A stretch of DNA of 42,162 nucleotides from Octopus bimaculoides (Eukaryota), in the NCBI RefSeq assembly GCF_001194135.2, contig NC_068994.1, positions 9,652,470-9,694,631 of the forward strand, read 5' to 3'. Shown here in pieces: positions 35,125-42,162 of this stretch (position 1 is the first letter of the stretch; each line of letters starts with the position of its first letter). The translations under genes were made by a program, and so were the position numbers. The notes under the pieces were generated by a model. That model ran no database searches. It was not told the DNA's origin and worked only from the letters and a program-made list of their open reading frames with translations.

Positions 35125-36409
35125 TATTATTTCCTTTAATATATTTCTATGTCTATGCTTACTTCTACGCAAGCATATTAATTGTTTCCTCTGAAATTTC
35201 TCTATGAATTTTTTCTACTTTCATGTGCCATATTCAAATGAATATTAAAATGCCGTATTAGTATGCCCGTATATCTATGCATCATTGTAATATGCACCTT
35301 GTACTCGTAATGGAATCATATATATATATATGGCTGGATTATGCTACAACTGGTGTTACACAATATTTTGCTGGTATGTTACACAATATTTTGCCAGCCT
35401 CTTTCGCAACATCACCCTTGTCGTTACAGTCAAGCATGTAGAATATAACTGATTTTAGTCTGCGTGTCATGTTGAGTTTCTACTGTAAAGATCCTGGCTT
35501 CCTTGATTTTGAAGATGGAATGGAATGTTGGGCCTGATATCGGCATCACATACATAATATATTTGTGGCCTTCTACTGCAATTCTACACATACAGCTGCT
35601 GATAAAAGAAATTAAGTTGTGATGATGAAGGCTGGAATTTCCTTAATCTTAAGAATAAGGATTAGAAATGACATGTGGCTTAGCCTACACCAATAATGCC
35701 AGAATAGCTCGATATTTTTTCACTAAAAATTGCATTGTTATCAAAGCTGTAGGTATTGATAAGGCTCGTGCGTTCTCCCTTCATGCACCCTACCACAGAA
35801 AAATGTCCTGCCCACTTTCATTGACTGTCAGTGGACTGGACGAGTCTCATAAATATGTTAGCCAGTAGAGTGTTAGTCCCATCATTGATTCTGCGTTCGA
35901 GTGTCATTGTGTGAAAGGTTATAAGATAAACGACTCTTCATTCATTGCTCATTGTTATACAGTTATATTTGATAACGTGATATACTATTACGCACACACA
36001 TCATATCTCGTCACTGACGATATAACAACTTATATGTATGCATATGCATAAATATATGTGCCTCTGTATGTAAGTATATGTTGTTTTCTGTATATAATGC
36101 AAAAAGCGTTCGCGTTTCTTTTCGCATACGTATATTCATTTCGCTGTTATACACAAACATTCAGCCATTATAACCGTCTTTCGCAAACATCTAACATTAC
36201 AACGAAAAACAAAATGTGAAACAGAATAAAAAAAAAGGATATGAAAAAACATCAGTGATGCTTTCTAAATTTCGTAATTGTCATTCATATATACATAAAA
36301 TAATTTTCCTCTATAAAGGAGAATGAAAATGGTAGAATAGACAAAAATAAAGAAAGAAATAAAACCAACAAACCTTAGAGTGCGCGGCATGTTGTACGGT
36401 TACCGATGG

Positions 36410-36673
36410 CATTAACACGTGAAGATCATATATAAATGGAATACATATGTACAAACATTAACATATATATGTGTGTATGCGTTTGTGCGCGTGTTTATAT
36501 ATATGTGTGCACGTGTTTGTATATGTGTGTGTATATACCCACGCATGCGCACACATACAGGTATATATGTATGGATATGTAGACGTATATATCTATTTCT
36601 CTCTCTATATATATATATATACATATATGTATAAGCATACATATATACAGGCATGTATATATATATATATTTA

Positions 36674-36741
<68 letters not shown>

Positions 36742-36882
36742 TATATACAGGCATACATCTATATAACTATGTATATAATTATATATCGACATATAGAAAT
36801 GTATGTATAAAGACATAGATAGATATATAGATATATAGATAGATAGATATAGATATAGATATATATAAATTAATAGATATAT

Positions 36883-36913
<31 letters not shown>

Positions 36914-36930
36914 CGTGCGTGCGTGTGTGA
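36410..36930. repeat. Large compound dinucleotide/tetranucleotide microsatellite block (GT, CA, TA, GATA)
   Basis: Direct inspection. Confidence 0.9.
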
Positions 36931-37335
36931 GTGTTTACTGTTTCATATATAATGCATATATGTGTGGCATGATGTATGCATACGTGCGCATATACATGTA
37001 TTGCCGATAATGTATTTTATATTTGTGATTGCATAATTATGATTCATGCACGTATGAAGTCGGGGGGGGGGGCTCTGTTTCTATGTTTCTGCACGCATTT
37101 ACATTCCTTTTAGTAAATAAGGTCTTGTAAGATTACATTAAGTCAAATCAATACAAAGGGAAACGTGAAAGTCATTATTTGTTTTCTGGGGATGTTATCA
37201 AAGATTGTATCTGCATTAACATTAAAGGAGGCATCTTATATAAACATATATATATATTTACTCACAAATATTCACAAACTAATTCTGCGTGTGAGTGAGT
37301 GCGTATGTGAGTGCATGCCTCTGTGTGTGTGTGAA

Positions 37336-37384
<49 letters not shown>

Positions 37385-37550
37385 GTGTCACTGCGTTTGC
37401 GCTTGTAATTTATTCACACAGTAACACACATGCACATATACCAAAACAAACTTACGGATTTGTCTCTTTCTGTCTCTCGCATATGTATAGTATTATATAC
37501 ATCAATACACGCATGTATGTGTACATGAATTACATACACACACACACACA

Positions 37551-37581
<31 letters not shown>

Positions 37582-37583
<2 letters not shown>

Positions 37584-37790
37584 TCTTTAAAATCTTTCAT
37601 TTGACTGGTGCCATGCAGGGTCATTGTCTTGAAGGCATGTAGTTAAAGAAATAGACCCTAGGACTTATTTTTTTGTATTTTATCGGCCTGTTTTGCCGAA
37701 TTGCTAAGTTACTGGGGTCGTAAACACACCGGTATCAGAGGACAAAGACAGAAAGAAACACACATACACACACAAACATATATATATATA
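37582..37790 (-). mobile_element. SINE family A, 3' half
   Basis: tcatttgactggtgccatgc...gaccctaggacttatt...tttatcggcctgttttgccgaattgctaagttactggggtcgtaaacacacc; homologous to 6850-7125. Confidence 0.75.
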
Positions 37791-38597
37791 TATATATANN
37801 NNNNNNNNNNNNNNNNNNNNNNNNNNNNNNNNNNNNNNNNNNNNNNNNNNNNNNNNNNNNNNNNNNNNNNNNNNNNNNNNNNNNNNNNNNNNNNNNNNNN
37901 NNNNNNNNNNNNNNNNNNNNNNNNNNNNNNNNNNNNNNNNNNNNNNNNNNNNNNNNNNNNNNNNNNNNNNNNNNNNNNNNNNNNNNNNNNNNNNNNNNNN
38001 NNNNNNNNNNNNNNNNNNNNNNNNNNNNNNNNNNNNNNNNNNNNNNNNNNNNNNNNNNNNNNNNNNNNNNNNNNNNNNNNNNNNNNNNNNNNNNNNNNNN
38101 NNNNNNNNNNNNNNNNNNNNNNNNNNNNNNNNNNNNNNNNNNNNNNNNNNNNNNNNNNNNNNNNNNNNNNNNNNNNNNNNNNNNNNNNNNNNNNNNNNNN
38201 NNNNNNNNNNNNNNNNNNNNNNNNNNNNNNNNNNNNNNNNNNNNNNNNNNNNNNNNNNNNNNNNNNNNNNNNNNNNNNNNNNNNNNNNNNNNNNNNNNNN
38301 NNNNNNNNNNNNNNNNNNNNNNNNNNNNNNNNNNNNNNNNNNNNNNNNNNNNNNNNNNNNNNNNNNNNNNNNNNNNNNNNNNNNNNNNNNNNNNNNNNNN
38401 NNNNNNNNNNNNNNNNNNNNNNNNNNNNNNNNNNNNNNNNNNNNNNNNNNNNNNNNNNNNNNNNNNNNNNNNNNNNNNNNNNNNNNNNNNNNNNNNNNNN
38501 NNNNNNNNNNNNNNNNNNNNNNNNNNNNNNNNNNNNNNNNNNNNNNNNNNNNNNNNNNNNNNNNNNNNNNNNNNNNNNNNNNNNNNNNNNNNNNNNN

Positions 38598-38683
38598 AAG
38601 AAGAAGAAGAAGAAGAAGAAGAAGAAGAAGAAGAAGAAGAAGAAGAAGAAGAAGAAGAAGAAGAAGAAGAAGAAGAAGAAGAA
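38598..38683. repeat. (GAA)n microsatellite abutting a gap
   Basis: Direct inspection. Confidence 0.95.
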
Positions 38684-39399
38684 CTACTGGGCCAGGATTA
38701 ACCATGAAATTTCACATGTAAACAGTTAATTCCAAAAGATATTTCTATGTCACTAAGAAAGCGAGAACATTGCTCACGCAACATAAAATTTCTTGTAACG
38801 CTTTGAAGATTTTGTTTAATGCACACGTAATGTTGGCAATAACTTACTGGATGCAATCTACGCAGAAATTGTTCCATATGGGATAAATTGCATCGATCAT
38901 ATTTATCGAGTGATAATTAGTTTATCGATCCTGCAAACATGAAAGACGAAATCAACATCCGAATGATATAGATAACTGACATAACAAAATCTTGTGGGCC
39001 ATAATGCGTGCTAATTGATGGGATTTACTCGTTCGTTCACCTTATACATTGAGAATATAAAGATGTTGTATAATATGTACGTACATTCGTTTGAAATATA
39101 CACTTAGTAATGAGGGGCTATGAATGCTTAAAATGAAGACATTTATAAGAATAGTAATAAAATTCATGGGAATGTTGTATATTGATGTTTAGACAAAATA
39201 AAATATGATTTTGAAATCACAGATCGATACTGACTATAGCGGAAGAAGCTTCCTGAAATGTATGGAATTTGTGTGTATAGAAAACAGCTGATTGAGATTT
39301 AAAAGTTTTCTGCAAAATACTTTTGTAACGTTCAGCTTGTGCGTGTGTTTCTATTCAGAGAAATGCGGAAGAGAAGAGAGAAAGAAATAAGGTATGAGA

Positions 39400-39578
39400 G
39401 AAAGAAAGAAAGAAAGAGAGAAAGAAAGAAAGAAGAAGAAGAAGAAGAAGAAGAAGAAGAAGAAGAAGAAGAAGAAGAAGAAGAAGAAGAAGAAGAAGAA
39501 GAAGAAGAAGAAGAAGACGAAGAAGAAGAAGAAGAAGAAGAAGAAGAAGAAGAAGAAGAAGAAGAAGAAGAAGAAGAA
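39400..39578. repeat. (GAAA)n then long (GAA)n microsatellite
   Basis: Direct inspection; source of the poly-E/K/S ORFs. Confidence 0.95.
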
Positions 39579-39589
39579 TGCGTTATTGC

Positions 39590-39710
39590 CATGTTGGTCT
39601 ATTTACGTCCCCGATAGAATAAGTCCTAAGGTCGATTTGCTCGACTAAAGGCGCTACTCCAGTATGGCCGAAGTCAAATGACATAAACAAATAAGAGAAT
39701 AAAAGAATAA
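39590..39710 (+). mobile_element. SINE family A, 3' portion with internal deletions
   Basis: tttacgtccccgatagaataagtcctaaggtcgatttgctcgactaaaggcgctactccagtatggccgaagtcaaatgac plus tail aaacaaataagagaataaaagaataa; reverse-complement homologue of 6850 and 37582. Confidence 0.8.
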
Positions 39711-39712
39711 AC

Positions 39713-39733
39713 AGATAGATAGATAGATCGATC

Positions 39734-39773
<40 letters not shown>

Positions 39774-39775
39774 TA
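39713..39775. repeat. (GATA)n microsatellite
   Basis: Direct inspection. Confidence 0.95.
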
Positions 39776-40551
39776 CATATACGCACATATATACACATAC
39801 TGTATGTAAAAAATACATTGATTAGAGAACAAACATCAAATTCGACTCAGCGACTTTATATAGCACCACGCTTTCATACATTTGATCATATACAAATATT
39901 GTCATGACCATCAGCATATAAAGAATACATATATAAAAACACAGAAGGTGCAAAATATATATGCATATAAAGATACTAATGTATAGAACGGCCTATCAAG
40001 AAAAGATGTATAAAGTCGACTAAGAATAAGTAATGAAAATGGATTACTAAAGCGTGTCAGGCGACTAAAAAACATTTAAAAATATGTTAGAAATATGAAA
40101 AATGAAAAATATAAAATATTTATCGATCGACTAAGAATATATGTATGCATGTATATGTGTATGTATATTGTGAGCGTGTGAGTGATGGTATGTATGTATG
40201 TATACATACGCAATTCTCGCTGTGTTAAATCATAATACTCGTCGATACTTAATGTATATACGTAGTTGATAGACAAGTTAATGAAGTATGTTCCCTGAGA
40301 TAACATCCCTAGTAGACGTGCTATGTTAAATTACTAAATGAATGTCGGATACTGAAACAACGGTCTCTTAGCAGCAGTGCACACATGAGTGGCAATTTTA
40401 GGCCCTGAATTTTACTGTATCTTCCGTTGGCGAAAACATGTATTATTTGAAGGATGGCGTGAGGAAAGAGAGAGAGGGGAGGACAGAGAGAAGGGGAGAG
40501 TATTTGACAAAGAATAAGTGAATGCTGTTACAGGAGAGTATAATAAAGAAT

Positions 40552-40930
40552 GTGGAGGCGCAATGGCCCAGTAATTAGGGGAACGGACTCGCGGCCGTAG
40601 GATCACGGTTTCGATTCCCAAACCGGGCGTTGTGAATGTTTATTGACCTAAAACACCTACAGCTCGACGAGGCACCGGCAGGGTGGTGGTGAACCCTGCT
40701 GTACTCTTTCACCACACATTCCTCTAACTTTTTCTTCCTGTTCCTGTTGTACCTGTATTTCGAAGTGTCAGCCTTGACACACTCTGTGTCCCGCTGCATC
40801 TGCCCGAGAACTACGTTAAGGGTACACGTGTCTGTGGAGTGCTCAGCCACTTGCATGCTAATTTTACGAGTAGGCTGTTCTGTTGATCGGATCAACTGGA
40901 ATCCTCGTCGTTGTAACAGACGGAGTGTCA
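40552..40930 (+). mobile_element. Full-length tRNA-derived SINE (family C)
   Basis: GTGGAGGCGCAATGGCCCAGT (A box) ...GGTTTCGATTCCC (B box); body and 3' end gatcaactggaatcctcgtcgttgtaacagacggagtgtca are homologous to 14103-14480. Confidence 0.9.
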
Positions 40931-42162
40931 TGAATTATATANNNNNNNNNNNNNNNNNNNNNNNNNNNNNNNNNNNNNNNNNNNNNNNNNNNNNNNNNNN
41001 NNNNNNNNNNNNNNNNNNNNNNNNNNNNNNNNNNNNNNNNNNNNNNNNNNNNNNNNNNNNNNNNNNNNNNNNNNNNNNNNNNNNNNNNNNNNNNNNNNNN
41101 NNNNNNNNNNNNNNNNNNNNNNNNNNNNNNNNNNNNNNNNNNNNNNNNNNNNNNNNNNNNNNNNNNNNNNNNNNNNNNNNNNNNNNNNNNNNNNNNNNNN
41201 NNNNNNNNNNNNNNNNNNNNNNNNNNNNNNNNNNNNNNNNNNNNNNNNNNNNNNNNNNNNNNNNNNNNNNNNNNNNNNNNNNNNNNNNNNNNNNNNNNNN
41301 NNNNNNNNNNNNNNNNNNNNNNNNNNNNNNNNNNNNNNNNNNNNNNNNNNNNNNNNNNNNNNNNNNNNNNNNNNNNNNNNNNNNNNNNNNNNNNNNNNNN
41401 NNNNNNNNNNNNNNNNNNNNNNNNNNNNNNNNNNNNNNNNNNNNNNNNNNNNNNNNNNNNNNNNNNNNNNNNNNNNNNNNNNNNNNNNNNNNNNNNNNNN
41501 NNNNNNNNNNNNNNNNNNNNNNNNNNNNNNNNNNNNNNNNNNNNNNNNNNNNNNNNNNNNNNNNNNNNNNNNNNNNNNNNNNNNNNNNNNNNNNNNNNNN
41601 NNNNNNNNNNNNNNNNNNNNNNNNNNNATATATAATTATAGTATGCTTGCATTTATATTTTTCTATATTTGTATTTGTTCATCTATATATAAAATTTCTA
41701 TATATCTAATTACCAAATATACACCCATATATTTGTGTGCTCATGCGTGTGTGTTTGTGTGTGTGTTTGCATGCATGCGTGTGTGTGTATGTGTGTGTGT
41801 GCGAGCGTGTCTGTGAGTGCACGTGTGTGACTTAGTTGAGCTGAATGAACATGTATGGGTGTGTACATGTATGTATTTCTATTTGTATATGTAGTCACAA
41901 ATGACAGAGAAATAATTTGATAAAATTGCGAGTTTCTACGGGGGTGTACCATAATTCTTCCGTGCATGCGCTTCTGCGTATGTCTTTCTATGTCCGGTAT
42001 TCGTTTTACGGTAGGTCTTTGAGTTAGAAAGTGTTTTTTTTTTTCCTTAAGTCTGGTTAAAAAGTGATTAAATTTAAAAGTCTATGAGCTTTTATACTAT
42101 CCTATTCCTTGCTGTAATTTTTATATCTCCAACTGTCTGCATCCCATATATATATATATATA

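Noticed and set aside
35346-35900. Balanced-composition block with several short ORFs and a ~22-bp tandem duplication (tgttacacaatattttgc x2)
   Set aside because: No frame gave a recognisable domain; probably an old repeat relic.
9610-41709. Long ORFs in the ORF track containing runs of X (e.g. 9610-10485, 11960-12757, 31472-32905, 37701-38729, 40747-41709)
   Set aside because: They are open only because they cross N-gaps.
6337-41967. Numerous YI/CV/HT/poly-I/poly-E/poly-K/poly-R ORFs
   Set aside because: Translations of dinucleotide and trinucleotide microsatellites with no protein signal.

Overview
AT-rich eukaryotic genomic DNA, saturated with microsatellites and interrupted by 10 N-gaps (about 4.3 kb in total: 9841-10478, 11192-11201, 12132-12712, 15274-15453, 24593-24709, 26769-27076, 31868-32815, 35027-35088, 37799-38597, 40942-41627), nearly all flanked by microsatellites. 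The repeat repertoire resembles an octopus (coleoid cephalopod) genome; this is an inference from recalled repeat families, not a database result. I found no confidently identifiable host protein-coding exon, rRNA, true tRNA gene or CRISPR array, so the window looks intronic or intergenic. It contains several tRNA-headed SINE families, Tc1/mariner relics and a mariner-derived MITE, a probable hAT relic, a Ty3/Gypsy 3' end plus a solo LTR of the same family nested in the MITE, two Penelope-like terminal repeats and a ~655-bp near-perfect palindrome. The most notable observation is a minus-strand tRNA-headed (Pol III A/B box) SINE at 30713-31084 that carries an almost intact minimal, dimer-type hammerhead ribozyme motif. 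Two further degenerate hammerhead-like cores sit in a separate repeat family at about 15.6 and 25.0 kb.
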